From an uncultured delta proteobacterium (GTDB lineage: Bacteria > Desulfobacterota > Binatia > Binatales > Binataceae), in contig CAVRVY010000001.1 of the NCBI GenBank assembly GCA_963724765.1, forward strand, positions 1,152,001 through 1,216,000: a stretch of 64,000 nucleotides of DNA, read 5' to 3'. This document shows positions 1 through 9,640 of this stretch, in pieces; position 1 is the first letter of the stretch; each line of letters opens with the position of its first letter. Made by a program: the position numbers and the translations under genes. Below the pieces are notes generated by a model that searched no databases, was not told the DNA's origin, and saw only the letters and a list, made by a program, of their open reading frames with translations.

Positions 1-2
1 CC

Positions 3-452
3 GGCAGCTTCGGCACCGTCGGCGCGGTCGCGCTCGACGCGGCGGGCGGGCTCGCCGCGGCGACTTCGACCGGTGGAGTCAGCGGCAAGTTGCCCGGACG
101 CGTCGGCGACTCGGCCATAATCGGCGCCGGGACTTTTGCCGACGCCGACGGCGCGGCCTCCGCGACGGGGCAGGGCGAGGCCATTATGAAGGCCGCGCTC
201 TGCCGCGAGGCAGTGGCGGCGCTTCGGCGCGGTGAGCCGCGCGCAGTCGCCGAGCGCGCGATCGCCGAGTTGGCGGCGCTGACCGGCGGCCAGGCCGGTG
301 TCGTGGTGATCGATCGTCGTGGCAGGCTTGGCTACGCGCACAATGCCCAAGTGATGGACGTGGCGATGTTCGACGCCATCGGCGGCTTCGCGTATCGATG
401 GGCCGCGCCGCTTAAGAGCCGCGGCGACGTCGCGCCGGCGACTGGCGGCTAG
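3..452 (+). CDS. Isoaspartyl peptidase/L-asparaginase (Ntn hydrolase), 5'-truncated by the window edge
   Basis: Frame from position 3 reads [54 protein letters not shown], the type 2 asparaginase motifs including the nucleophilic Thr. Confidence 0.9.
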   Translation, partial: GSFGTVGAVALDAAGGLAAATSTGGVSGKLPGRVGDSAIIGAGTFADADGAASATGQGEAIMKAALCREAVAALRRGEPRAVAERAIAELAALTGGQAGVVVIDRRGRLGYAHNAQVMDVAMFDAIGGFAYRWAAPLKSRGDVAPATGG

Positions 453-465
453 CGGCGCTCGTCAT

Positions 466-2256
466 ATGGCGATCGGGGTGCGGCCCCATCTGGGAGTGCA
501 ACGAGCGGTTGCGGTCGCACTGGTTGCGGCGGCGATCGTGCTCAGCCTTGGTATCGGCGCGCCATTCGAGAAGGACCAGGAGCCGCAATCGGCACAATGG
601 ATCCAGGCGATCGTCCAGCGCGGACAGTGGCTGCTGCCGCAGGACGACTACGGCGGAATCGACCGCAAGCCGCCGCTTTACTACTGGCTGTCGGCGTTGG
701 CCGTGAAGGCCGTCGGCGCGCGCGTCGACGAGGTCAGCGCGCGTCTCGTCGCGTTGGTCGCGGGCGTCATGCTCGCGGTCGCGGTGATGCGGTGGAGCGC
801 GGCCTTCCTCGGCGAGACCACCGGGTGGCTTGCGCTCGCCTTCGTGCTGGGCACCTACGGTTTCGCTTCACGCGCGACGCTCGATCTCACTGACATGCTG
901 CTTTCTTTTCTGCTCTTCGCGGCGTGGTGGTGTATCTATCTGCTTCTGGAAGAGGATGGCTCACGCGCCGTGTCGATTTTGGGCGGCGGGCTGCTGGGGC
1001 TGGCGGTGCTGACCAAGGGACCGGTTGCGATCGTGCTGATCGGCTTGGCGGGCTTCATCTACTTGCTGCTGGTCAGGCGGTCGCCGTTCGCGGTCCTGGC
1101 TCGCGGATGGCCGTGGGGGATGATGGCAGTGGCGCTGATGATCGGCGCGTGCTGGTACGTGCCGGCCTTTGTCGAGGGCGGACGGGTCGTGGTCGGCGTG
1201 TTTCTCTCGGAGAATTTCGGCCACTTCATGCCCTCGGCGCTGGGTGGGACGGGCGAGGCGGCACGGCCGGTATGGTATGTCGCGGCCCGGATGTTCGGCA
1301 GCGCGCTGCCGCAAAGCATGCTGGTTGTCGCGCTGGCGTTTGCGCTCTTGCGGCGCGACGGCGATAAGCGAGCGCGCAAGCCGCTGCTTTTTCAGTTGAG
1401 TCTGGTGCTGGCGGTGCTGGCTTTCTTTTCGATCGCTAGCTCCAAGCGCGACGATTACATTCTGCCCGCGATGCCTGGGTTGGCGATTCTGTTTGCCGCA
1501 CTGTTCACCGGTGCGGCGATCGCTCCCGAACGCGAGCGCTCACCGTCGGGCAGAGTTCGCGACTTCATCGCGGCGGTAATCGCGGCCGCATTCGTCGCGC
1601 TGGTCGCCGGCGCGCTGGTTGCGGCGCATCAGCCGCAGTTGCTCGCCGCGTTTTCCGCTGGACTGCAGTCGAGCGACGTCGTGTTTCTCGAACTGTTTCT
1701 GAGCGGGATGCGGCGTCTGTCGCCGCCGTTCATGATCTTCGCCGCCGGCTCGATCATCGGCGCGGTGGTCGTGTTTGCCGGGCTGTTGGTCCGCCGCCCG
1801 CTGTGGTCGGGTGCAGGATTGGCTGCGATGGCGCTTTTCGGATCGACGCTCTTTGCCGGCACGCTCAAACCCGAGTCCGCGCGTGCGCGGTCGGTGAAGA
1901 CGTTCGCAGAGCAAATTCATCGCCGCGTCGGCGACGCGCCGCTCTACGTTGCGTGGGGCCACGATTACGAGCTGTCCTTCTATTATGGCCGCGGCATCTG
2001 GGGTCTGGATCAGCCGAACCCGTCGGTTTTGGCTTCTGACTTCGCCTCGGATCGGCCGGTTTACGTCGTCGCGCGGCCGCGCGAGCTTTCACGAATCGCC
2101 CCGGCGCTTCGCATCCGACTGAAACTCGTGATGCGATCCGGCCTGGTCGGCGGCGGCGGGCCGCCCGCGCTGTATGAACTCACGCCCGAGCCCGTCTCGC
2201 CGCCGGCGCCCGCCCCGCCCGCGACTTTGAATTCAGGTGCGCCTGCGACTAAATAG
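466..2256 (+). CDS. ArnT/PMT-like GT-C membrane glycosyltransferase
   Basis: Multi-TM protein with DQEP, RKPPLYYW, DMLLSF, LTKGPVA and SKRDDYILP motifs. Confidence 0.85.
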   Translation: MAIGVRPHLGVQRAVAVALVAAAIVLSLGIGAPFEKDQEPQSAQWIQAIVQRGQWLLPQDDYGGIDRKPPLYYWLSALAVKAVGARVDEVSARLVALVAGVMLAVAVMRWSAAFLGETTGWLALAFVLGTYGFASRATLDLTDMLLSFLLFAAWWCIYLLLEEDGSRAVSILGGGLLGLAVLTKGPVAIVLIGLAGFIYLLLVRRSPFAVLARGWPWGMMAVALMIGACWYVPAFVEGGRVVVGVFLSENFGHFMPSALGGTGEAARPVWYVAARMFGSALPQSMLVVALAFALLRRDGDKRARKPLLFQLSLVLAVLAFFSIASSKRDDYILPAMPGLAILFAALFTGAAIAPERERSPSGRVRDFIAAVIAAAFVALVAGALVAAHQPQLLAAFSAGLQSSDVVFLELFLSGMRRLSPPFMIFAAGSIIGAVVVFAGLLVRRPLWSGAGLAAMALFGSTLFAGTLKPESARARSVKTFAEQIHRRVGDAPLYVAWGHDYELSFYYGRGIWGLDQPNPSVLASDFASDRPVYVVARPRELSRIAPALRIRLKLVMRSGLVGGGGPPALYELTPEPVSPPAPAPPATLNSGAPATK

Positions 2257-2288
2257 GAATGGCGGGTTCCGGGACGTTGGTGACAAGC

Positions 2289-2504
2289 ATGGCGGGAAAA
2301 CAAGACAAGGTTCAGGAATCGATAAGTTGGATCGTGCGGCTGCTGGTATCGCTGATTCTGCCGCTATGGGGAATCGTGCTGATCGTACTCGGCCTGAAAT
2401 ATGGCTCGGCATGGTGGATAGCCAGTGGGGTCGCGATTCGGGCCACCGGAGTGGTCACGTTCGTCGGTTCGCCACTGATACGCCTCGGCGGCCGCGAGGG
2501 CTGA
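2289..2504 (+). CDS. Small two-TM membrane protein, hypothetical
   Basis: Two hydrophobic segments; co-oriented directly after the GT gene; start could be 2259 or 2289. Confidence 0.55.
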   Translation: MAGKQDKVQESISWIVRLLVSLILPLWGIVLIVLGLKYGSAWWIASGVAIRATGVVTFVGSPLIRLGGREG

Positions 2505-2529
2505 GAGCCGCGTTGCCGGCGCAAACAGC

Positions 2530-2565
2530 GCGGGGCCAGCGCAAGAGCGCCAGCCCCGCTTCTTC
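2530..2565 (+). terminator. Possible terminator hairpin between convergent genes
   Basis: GCGGGGC...GCCCCGC stem with an inner GCGC-AAGA-GCGC hairpin, followed by TTCTTC (weak U-tract). Confidence 0.35.
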
Positions 2566-2597
2566 ACCTGTTCAACGGAATCAGCTTCGCGAAAATC

Positions 2598-3206
2598 TTA
2601 AGCCTTGGCGCTCGGCCGCGAGGACACCGTCTCGTGCCATCGTGCCAGGTTCTTCTGCTCGGGCGTTATCCGCAGCTTGATCAGCTTGGCGAAGTCGATC
2701 GCGACCAGCGCCGTGATGTCGGCGATCGTGTAGCGCTCGCCGGCGATGAATTTGCTCGCGGCCAGGAACCCGTCGATCATCGTGAATGCCTTCTCCGCCG
2801 CCTGCCGGCAGACCTCGCCGTACTCGGGCACCTGCGGGATACGTCCCTTGAAGAAATCCGAGGTATTGCGAAACGCTCCGGTCACCATCGCGAACAGGTT
2901 CTGTTCCATCCGCCGCTGCCACATCTCGACCAGCGCCCTGTCGCGCGCGTCGACGCCCATCAGGCGCGGCTCGGGATGGGTCTCCTCGAAGTAGCGGCAG
3001 ATTGCGACCGACTCGGCGAGGTAGGTGCCGTCGTCCAGTTGCAGCACCGGCACTCCGCCGAATGGGTTGATCTTCAGGAACTCCGGCGTGCGGTTTTGCG
3101 CCTTGGCGAGGTCGATCTGCTCGTCGGGGACCTGGACGCCTTTTTCGGCCAGGAAGATCCGCACGCGGCGCGGATTGGGCGCCATCTTGGTATCGTAAAG
3201 CTTCAT
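2598..3206 (-). CDS. Glutathione S-transferase family protein
   Basis: APNPRRVRIFLAEKG, INPFGGVPVL, ESVAICRY and YTIADI motifs; AAGGAG RBS. Confidence 0.92.
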   Translation of the reverse strand: MKLYDTKMAPNPRRVRIFLAEKGVQVPDEQIDLAKAQNRTPEFLKINPFGGVPVLQLDDGTYLAESVAICRYFEETHPEPRLMGVDARDRALVEMWQRRMEQNLFAMVTGAFRNTSDFFKGRIPQVPEYGEVCRQAAEKAFTMIDGFLAASKFIAGERYTIADITALVAIDFAKLIKLRITPEQKNLARWHETVSSRPSAKA

Positions 3207-3221
3207 CGTTATTTCTCCTTC

Positions 3222-3257
3222 CGGAATTTTGCCGGGATTGTCGCGGAATTTTGCCGG
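3222..3257. repeat. Direct repeat CGGAATTTTGCCGG x2 (22-bp period) in a divergent promoter region
   Basis: Copies at 3222-3235 and 3244-3257. Confidence 0.8.
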
Positions 3258-3405
3258 ATGCTAGCAATGGGTGGAGTTCGATGCCAAACGGCGCGCGTGC
3301 CCAGTTGTTCGGACGGCGGTCAAACGGAATGCCGCGGATTGCCAACGCGCGGATCCCCAGGGCGGCGGTTTGCCCGCTTCATTTGGCGGAGTTATTGTCA
3401 TTGCG

Positions 3406-3741
3406 ATGCCGATCTACGAGTACGAATGCGCGGCCTGTGCGAAGGTAAGCTCGCACGTCGTGATGGGCTCGCGGCGCCGCTCGCGGCTGGCCTGCCCGGC
3501 GTGCGGGGCGGCGCGGCTTAAGCGCGTGATGTCGTCGTTCGCGGTGGTTTCGAGCGAGGCGTCGCGGCTGGCGGAGTTCGACACCTCGCGCCCGCGCGAC
3601 GAGTCGTTCTATCGCGACTCGCGCAACGTCGGACTGTGGGCCAAGAAGCGCGCGAAGGAAATGGGCGCGGACCTGGGAAGCAAATTCGAGGAGACGGTCG
3701 AAAAAGCGCGCAGCGGCAAACTGGTCAAGGAAATGCTCTAA
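3406..3741 (+). CDS. FmdB-family zinc ribbon regulatory protein
   Basis: MPIYEYECAAC...CPACG..LKRVMSSF signature. Confidence 0.88.
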   Translation: MPIYEYECAACAKVSSHVVMGSRRRSRLACPACGAARLKRVMSSFAVVSSEASRLAEFDTSRPRDESFYRDSRNVGLWAKKRAKEMGADLGSKFEETVEKARSGKLVKEML

Positions 3742-3785
3742 GGAAATCGCGCGCGGTGCTCCGATCCAATACGCAAGGAACAAAA

Positions 3786-3837
3786 GCGGGACACGACGCG
3801 GGACAAAGAAAAAGCGCGACAGAGAAAGAGCGGGACA
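3786..3837 (+). repeat. Four GCG(G/C)GACA units in an A-rich leader
   Basis: Units start at 3786, 3798, 3814 and 3830. Confidence 0.75.
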
Positions 3838-3843
3838 AAAGAG

Positions 3844-4098
3844 ATGGACGAAAAAGATCGTTACGGTGACAAGCTTCACGACGTCGAACGCGCACGCGAA
3901 GAGCAGTGGGCCCATCAGCGTGACCAGGAATTGCTCGAGAAGCTGCGCAAACAGGGCGACGACGCGCTCTGCCCGCAGTGCCGCAAGCCCTTGGTGGCCC
4001 AGACGCGCGGCGGCGTCGCGATGATGGCGTGCGCGGACCAACACGGCGCATGGCTGCGCGCCGAGGTGCTCGACGCGATCTTCAAGCGTTTGAAGTGA
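3844..4098 (+). CDS. Small protein: charged N-terminal helix (IF1-like) plus zf-TFIIB-like zinc ribbon
   Basis: CPQC...CADQHGAWL ribbon; N-terminal ERAREEQWAHQRDQELLEKLRK helix. Confidence 0.75.
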   Translation: MDEKDRYGDKLHDVERAREEQWAHQRDQELLEKLRKQGDDALCPQCRKPLVAQTRGGVAMMACADQHGAWLRAEVLDAIFKRLK

Positions 4099-4191
4099 AC
4101 ACTACTCATTGATGGTCGTGGCGGCCCCACGACCTCGAACTGTCCGCTCCATTCGGCGCTCGCCCGATTGCGCGAGCAGGGGGGGAATGAC

Positions 4192-5067
4192 ATGAAGCTC
4201 GCAACCTTCACGCATCAGGGAAGCACGCGTATCGGCGTCGTGGTCGACGACGCGGTGGTCGATCTTGCCGCGGCGGCGCCGGAGTTGCCGCGCGAGATGG
4301 CGGCGCTGTTGGCGGCCGGCGCAGGCGCGGTGGATCGCGCACGCGCGGCGGCGGCCGCGGGCAAAAACCGGATCGCGCTCGGCCAGGTGAAAATCGAAGC
4401 ACCGATTCGGCGTCCACCCGAGTTCCTCGCGATTGGGTTGAACTACGCCGACCATATCGGAGAGACCGGCCGCGAGCGCCCAACCTTTCCGATCTTCTTC
4501 AACAAGCAGATCACCTGCGTCAACGGGCCCTATGACCCGATTCATCTGCCGCGTGCCTCGGAGGCGCTGGATTACGAGGGCGAACTGGGCCTCGTTATCG
4601 GGCGGCGCTGCCGCCACGTGCCGCGCGAGCGCGCTCACGAGGTTATCGGCGGCTATATGATCGTCAACGACGTGAGCGTGCGCGACTGGCAGCGCAAGGC
4701 GGCCACGATGACGCTCGGCAAGTCGTGGGACACCCATGGCCCGACCGGGCCGTGGATCGTGACGCCGGACGAAATCGGCGACCCGCACACGCTCGAACTG
4801 CGCACGCTGGTCAATGGCGAAGAGCGCCAGCATTCGAACACGCGCCACCTGATCTTCGACTGCTTCTCGATCATCGAAACGCTTTCGACCGTATGCACGC
4901 TCGAGCCGGGTCTCATCATCTCGACCGGAACTCCGTCGGGCGTGGCCTTGGCGATGAAGCCGCCGCGCTGGCTCAAGGCCGGCGACGTGGTGCGGATCGA
5001 AATCGAACGTATCGGGTATATCGAAAACCGCGTGATCGACGAGCCCGCCAGCACCACGGTCATCTGA
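4192..5067 (+). CDS. Fumarylacetoacetate hydrolase family protein
   Basis: IGLNYADH, LDYEGELG, NDVSVRDWQ, GKSWDTHGPTGP and TGTPSGV motifs. Confidence 0.93.
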   Translation: MKLATFTHQGSTRIGVVVDDAVVDLAAAAPELPREMAALLAAGAGAVDRARAAAAAGKNRIALGQVKIEAPIRRPPEFLAIGLNYADHIGETGRERPTFPIFFNKQITCVNGPYDPIHLPRASEALDYEGELGLVIGRRCRHVPRERAHEVIGGYMIVNDVSVRDWQRKAATMTLGKSWDTHGPTGPWIVTPDEIGDPHTLELRTLVNGEERQHSNTRHLIFDCFSIIETLSTVCTLEPGLIISTGTPSGVALAMKPPRWLKAGDVVRIEIERIGYIENRVIDEPASTTVI

Positions 5068-5070
5068 GGC

Positions 5071-5655
5071 ATGGAAAAACCGGCAGAGACCGCCCATCCG
5101 ATCGAGGAGTTGCTGCGGCGGCGATGGAGTCCGCGGGCGTTCGCCGAGCGGCCGGTCGAACCGGAGAAGCTGGCGAGCATGTTCGAGGCCGCACGATGGT
5201 CGGCCTCTTGCTTCAACGAGCAGCCGTGGAGTTTTATCGTCGCCACCCGCGACGACGCGGCCGAATTCGCACGCCTGCTGAGTTGTCTCATCGACGGTAA
5301 TCAGGCCTGGGTCTCCCATGCGCCGGTGTTGATGGTGTCGGTGGCGCGGCTCAACTTTGCGCAGAACGGGCAGCCTAACCGGCAGGCAATCCACGACGTT
5401 GGGTTCGCGACGGCGCAAATGATCCTGCAGGCGACGGCGATGGGCCTTTTCGCGCATCCGATGGCCGGGTTTTACCCCGACAAGGTGCGCGAGCTTTACG
5501 GCGTGCCCGAGGGTTACGAGCCGGTCGCCGCGATCGCGGCGGGCTATCCGGGTGATCCGGCGGCGCTAAGCGAATCGCTTCGCCAGCGCGAGCTTGCGCC
5601 CCGTGTGCGCAAGCCTCAGGAGGAATTCGTGTTGCGCGGGCGCTTCCGCGCATGA
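5071..5655 (+). CDS. Nitroreductase family protein
   Basis: RRWSPRAF, EAARWSASCFNEQPWSF and HPMAGF motifs. Confidence 0.92.
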   Translation: MEKPAETAHPIEELLRRRWSPRAFAERPVEPEKLASMFEAARWSASCFNEQPWSFIVATRDDAAEFARLLSCLIDGNQAWVSHAPVLMVSVARLNFAQNGQPNRQAIHDVGFATAQMILQATAMGLFAHPMAGFYPDKVRELYGVPEGYEPVAAIAAGYPGDPAALSESLRQRELAPRVRKPQEEFVLRGRFRA

Positions 5656-5710
5656 TTAGCGAACCCTGAGATTCGGAGCGGCGGCGCGACGCCGATAAAA
5701 CGAGTCCATG

Positions 5711-5746
5711 TTGACAGGGTGATCCTCGCCAACTACATGAGGATCA
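5711..5746 (+). promoter_or_regulatory. Candidate nuo promoter with overlapping inverted repeat
   Basis: Perfect TTGACA at 5711-5716, 17 bp, weak -10 TACATG; inverted repeat TGATCCTC-N11-GAGGATCA at 5720-5746. Confidence 0.5.
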
Positions 5747-5792
5747 GGGGACCTGCCCGAGTCTCGGCACATGAGGCCGCAGGCATAAAGAG

Positions 5793-6233
5793 ATGTATTT
5801 CAACTTCAGCGTCGTGCTCGCACTCACGATCCTGGCGCTTGGCGTCTCGGCGCTGCTGCTCGGCCTGCAAAAGCTGCTGGCGCCGAGCAATCCACACGCG
5901 CGCAAGCTGATGGCCTACGAGTGCGGCGAGCCGCCCACCGGACGCGCCTGGATAAATTTCAACGTCCGCTTCTATCTGATTGCGCTGATCTTCGTAATCT
6001 TCGAGGTCGAGGTCGCCTTCATTTACCCGGTCGCCGCCGTGTTTTCGGACTGGGTGCGCCATGGTCAGCGGCTGTTCGCGCTCGCCGAACTGCTCATCTT
6101 CCTGCTGATCCTGTTAGTCGGGCTGGCTTACGTGTGGGTCAAGCACGACCTCGAGTGGGTCAAGCAAGTCTCCGCAAGCCAGGTCCCTGCAAGCAAGGTC
6201 CCCGCAAGCAAGCCTCTGCGAGCAAATATCTGA
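5793..6233 (+). CDS. nuoA: NADH-quinone oxidoreductase subunit A
   Basis: YECGEPP and RFYLIALIFVIFEVE motifs; first gene of the operon. Confidence 0.95.
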   Translation: MYFNFSVVLALTILALGVSALLLGLQKLLAPSNPHARKLMAYECGEPPTGRAWINFNVRFYLIALIFVIFEVEVAFIYPVAAVFSDWVRHGQRLFALAELLIFLLILLVGLAYVWVKHDLEWVKQVSASQVPASKVPASKPLRANI

Positions 6234-6268
6234 CCGACAGCGTAGACTGATTGGATGAAGGTCGAACA

Positions 6269-6772
6269 ATGCCGTTGCTGAACAGTCTGCCGGACTATGT
6301 CCTGACCGCCAAGACCGACGAGCTCATCAACTGGATGCGCAAGTCGAGCATCTGGTACATGCTCTTCGGACTGGCCTGCTGCGCGATCGAGCTGATGCAT
6401 ACGGGCGGTCCGCGCGCCGATATCGAGCGCTTCGGCGCGACCCCGCGCGCGTCCGCGCGCCAATCGGACCTGATGATCATCGCGGGCACGTTGACGCTCA
6501 AGATGGCGCTGCGCACGCGCCTGTTGTACGACCAGATGCCCGATCCGAAGTACGTGATCTCGATGGGAAGCTGCTCGAACTGCGGCGGCCTGTTTCAGCT
6601 CGCGTACTCGGTGTGCGATGGCGTCGACAAGGTCATCCCGGTCGATGTTTACGTGCCGGGATGCCCGCCGCGTCCCGAGGCGCTGACCGAGGGCCTGCTG
6701 AAGCTGCAGGAAAAGATCATGACCGAACGCTGGCTCGCCAAGGCGCCGGGCGCCAAGGGAGAGGCCGCTTAG
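6269..6772 (+). CDS. nuoB: NADH-quinone oxidoreductase subunit B
   Basis: [24 protein letters not shown] and [11 protein letters not shown] motifs. Confidence 0.97.
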   Translation: MPLLNSLPDYVLTAKTDELINWMRKSSIWYMLFGLACCAIELMHTGGPRADIERFGATPRASARQSDLMIIAGTLTLKMALRTRLLYDQMPDPKYVISMGSCSNCGGLFQLAYSVCDGVDKVIPVDVYVPGCPPRPEALTEGLLKLQEKIMTERWLAKAPGAKGEAA

Positions 6773-6784
6773 TCGCCGCCAACG

Positions 6785-7303
6785 ATGGAGCCGCTCCAGA
6801 TATACGAGCGACTCAAGAGGCGCTTCGGCGAGCGGGTTCTGGAGACGATCGAGAAGAAGCCGGACCCGTTTGCCGTGGTTGACCCGGCCGCGCTGATCGA
6901 AATCTGTCAGTACCTGCGCGAGGATCCGGAGCTTGCGATGGATTGCCTGTCGAACGAGACCGGCGTCGATTACAAGGACCACGTCGAGGTCGTCTACCAT
7001 CTGTTCTCGTACAGCTATCGCCATGGCGCGGTGCTCAAGATCAAACTTCCGCGCGAAGAGCCGCGTGTGGCGACCGTCGAGAGCATCTGGAAGTCGGCCA
7101 ACTGGATGGAGCGCGAAATTTTCGACCTGGTGGGCGTCAACTTCGAGGGCCACAGCGATCTGCGCCGCATCCTGATGCCCGAGGACTGGCCCGGCCATCC
7201 GCTGCGCAAGGACTTCGTCGAACCGCAGGAATATCACGGCATCTCGACCGTGCGCGAAAGTCCGATCGTCCGCCTGGATCACCATAAGAAAAAACCAGCA
7301 TAA
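6785..7303 (+). CDS. nuoC: NADH-quinone oxidoreductase subunit C
   Basis: [31 protein letters not shown]. Confidence 0.96.
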   Translation: MEPLQIYERLKRRFGERVLETIEKKPDPFAVVDPAALIEICQYLREDPELAMDCLSNETGVDYKDHVEVVYHLFSYSYRHGAVLKIKLPREEPRVATVESIWKSANWMEREIFDLVGVNFEGHSDLRRILMPEDWPGHPLRKDFVEPQEYHGISTVRESPIVRLDHHKKKPA

Positions 7304-7308
7304 GAAAA

Positions 7309-8442
7309 ATGAGCGACGCGACCGAGCCAACGCTGCGCACCGAGGAAATGACCCTCAATATGGGGCCGCAGCATCCCTCGACCCACGGGGTGTTGCGCTT
7401 CGTGATTCGCGCCGACGGCGAAGTGATGCGCGAGGCCGTGCCCGACGTCGGCTACTTGCATCGCTCGATCGAGAAGATCGCCGAGAAGGTCGGCTATCAC
7501 GGCTTCATGCCGTACACCGATCGCGTCGATTACGTGTGCGCGATGTTCACCAACCAGGGCTGGGGGATGGCGTGCGAGAAGCTCGCCGGTATCGAAGTGC
7601 CGCGCCGCGGCGAGTACTGCCGGGTGGTCTCCACGGAATTCAACCGTATCGCATCGCATCTGCTCACGGTCGGCCTGATGGGGATGGATATCGGGGCGAT
7701 GACGCCCTTTCTGCACGCGCTGCGCGAGCGCGAAATGATCAACGATCTGATCGAAGAGCTGTGCGGCGCGCGGCTCACCTTCAATTACATGCGTATCGGC
7801 GGCGTGGCGTGGGATCTGCCGCCGGGCTGGCGTGAGAAAGCGCTCGCCTACCTCGATCATCTCGATCCGATTCTGGAGGAGTACAACGCGCTCTTCTCCT
7901 ACAACAAGATCTGCATCCAGCGCCTGGCCAACGTCGCCCCGATAAGCGCCGAGGAGGCGATCAACTACAACCTGGTCGGGCCCAACCTGCGCGCTTGCGG
8001 CGTCAAATGGGACGTGCGCAAGGACATGCCGTACTCGGCCTATTCCGACTTCGAGTTCGACGTTCCGATCGGCCACGGGGAGTGGGGCACGATCGGCGAC
8101 TCGATGGACCGCTACATGATGCGGATCTACGAGATGAAGGAGTCGGCGAGGATTCTTCGCCAGGCGCTCACGCGGATGCCCGACGGCCCGGTGCTGGCCA
8201 AGGTGGTGCGCAATTTCCGTCCGCCGGCCGGCGAATGCCAGGTGCGCGTGGAAAGCGCCCGCGGCGACCAGGGATGGTACGTGGTGAGCGATGGCAGCGG
8301 CTATCCGTGGCGGGTCCACGTGCGCACCGGCTCGTTCGCCGCGATGGGGATCATCCAGAAGCTCAGCCGCGGGCTGATGATCGCGGACCTGGTGGTGCTG
8401 ATCGCGAGTCTCGACGTTATTGCGCCGGAGATCGATCGCTAG
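7309..8442 (+). CDS. nuoD: NADH-quinone oxidoreductase subunit D
   Basis: [25 protein letters not shown]-terminal EIDR; no NiFe CxxC motifs. Confidence 0.96.
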   Translation: MSDATEPTLRTEEMTLNMGPQHPSTHGVLRFVIRADGEVMREAVPDVGYLHRSIEKIAEKVGYHGFMPYTDRVDYVCAMFTNQGWGMACEKLAGIEVPRRGEYCRVVSTEFNRIASHLLTVGLMGMDIGAMTPFLHALREREMINDLIEELCGARLTFNYMRIGGVAWDLPPGWREKALAYLDHLDPILEEYNALFSYNKICIQRLANVAPISAEEAINYNLVGPNLRACGVKWDVRKDMPYSAYSDFEFDVPIGHGEWGTIGDSMDRYMMRIYEMKESARILRQALTRMPDGPVLAKVVRNFRPPAGECQVRVESARGDQGWYVVSDGSGYPWRVHVRTGSFAAMGIIQKLSRGLMIADLVVLIASLDVIAPEIDR

Positions 8443-8449
8443 GGCGCCG

Positions 8450-9640
8450 ATGCAAAACTGGATCAACAGCCTGATCGCCGCCGGCGAGTTCGGAAAAAAT
8501 CCGCCGCGCGACCTGGTCTACGCGGCCTTCATCTTCGTGCTGAGCGCGGTGGTCTTCCTGGGCGTGGCCTTTCCCTTCGCCGGGATCGTGAGCTGGGTCG
8601 AGCGCCGCGTGTGGGCGCGTATCCAGTCGCGCGTCGGCCCCAACCGCGTCGGTCCCAACGGCTCGCTGCAATGGCTCGCCGACGGCGCCAAGCACGTGCT
8701 CAAGGAAGACATCATTCCCGACGAGGCCGACGCGCGGCTGTTCAAACTGGCGCCATACGTGGTCGTGCTCGGCTTCGTGCTGCCGTGGGCGGTGATGCCG
8801 TTCTCCTCGGCGCTCATCCTCGCCGACCTCAACGTCGGTATCCTCTACTTCACAGCGATAACCGCGCTGACGGTGGTCGGCGTGCTGATGGCCGGATGGG
8901 CGTCGGACAACAAGTGGTCGCTGATCGGCGGCATCCGCTCGGCGGCCCAGATCATCAGCTATGAGATTCCCGCCGGGATGTCGATTTTCCCGGTGGTGTT
9001 GATCACCGGCACGCTCTCGATGCAGGGAATCATCCGGGCCCAGGAATGGGAGCCGTATCACTGGTTCCTGTTCTCGAATCCGTTCTGTTTCGTCGCGGCG
9101 ATCGTGCTTTACATATCGGCGCTGGCCGAAGGCAATCGCACGCCGTTCGATCTGCCGGAGGCCGAGTCCGAGCTGGTCGCCGGTTTCGCGACCGAGTACA
9201 GCGGGATGCGCTACCTGCTTTTCTTCTTCGCCGAGTGGGGCAACATGTTCATCGCCGGCGCGCTCATCACGACCCTGTACCTTGGCGGATGGCAGGCGCC
9301 GCAGCTGAGCTCGAGCCCGGTCGTGATGAACGTGCTCGAGCTGTTGAGCTTCAACGTCAAGGTACTGTTTTTGGTTTTCACCTCGATGTGGGTGCGGGGG
9401 ACGCTGCCGCGGGTCAGAATCGATCAGATGATGTCGCTCTGCTGGAAGTTTTTCGTGCCGATCGCCTTCATCAATATGATCGGCACGGCAGTGTGGGTCG
9501 CAATCTGGCCCGACGGTAACCCGGTCGCGGGCTATGTGATGTTCGCGCTGGGCGTGGCGATTACCGTGCTGTTCATCCAGCGCGTGATGTACTATCTGAA
9601 GCGCTCGCGGATGGAGATGTACCTGCATCCGACGATCTGA
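8450..9640 (+). CDS. nuoH: NADH-quinone oxidoreductase subunit H
   Basis: RVGPNRVGP, AQIISYE, NRTPFDLPEAESELVAGFATEYSG, TLPRVRIDQ. Confidence 0.97.
   Translation: MQNWINSLIAAGEFGKNPPRDLVYAAFIFVLSAVVFLGVAFPFAGIVSWVERRVWARIQSRVGPNRVGPNGSLQWLADGAKHVLKEDIIPDEADARLFKLAPYVVVLGFVLPWAVMPFSSALILADLNVGILYFTAITALTVVGVLMAGWASDNKWSLIGGIRSAAQIISYEIPAGMSIFPVVLITGTLSMQGIIRAQEWEPYHWFLFSNPFCFVAAIVLYISALAEGNRTPFDLPEAESELVAGFATEYSGMRYLLFFFAEWGNMFIAGALITTLYLGGWQAPQLSSSPVVMNVLELLSFNVKVLFLVFTSMWVRGTLPRVRIDQMMSLCWKFFVPIAFINMIGTAVWVAIWPDGNPVAGYVMFALGVAITVLFIQRVMYYLKRSRMEMYLHPTI

Noticed and set aside
7309-8442. Group 4 NiFe hydrogenase interpretation of the nuoEFG-less operon
   Set aside because: The large subunit has neither CxxC nickel motif, NuoB has the tandem CC of complex I, and nuoA/J/K are present.
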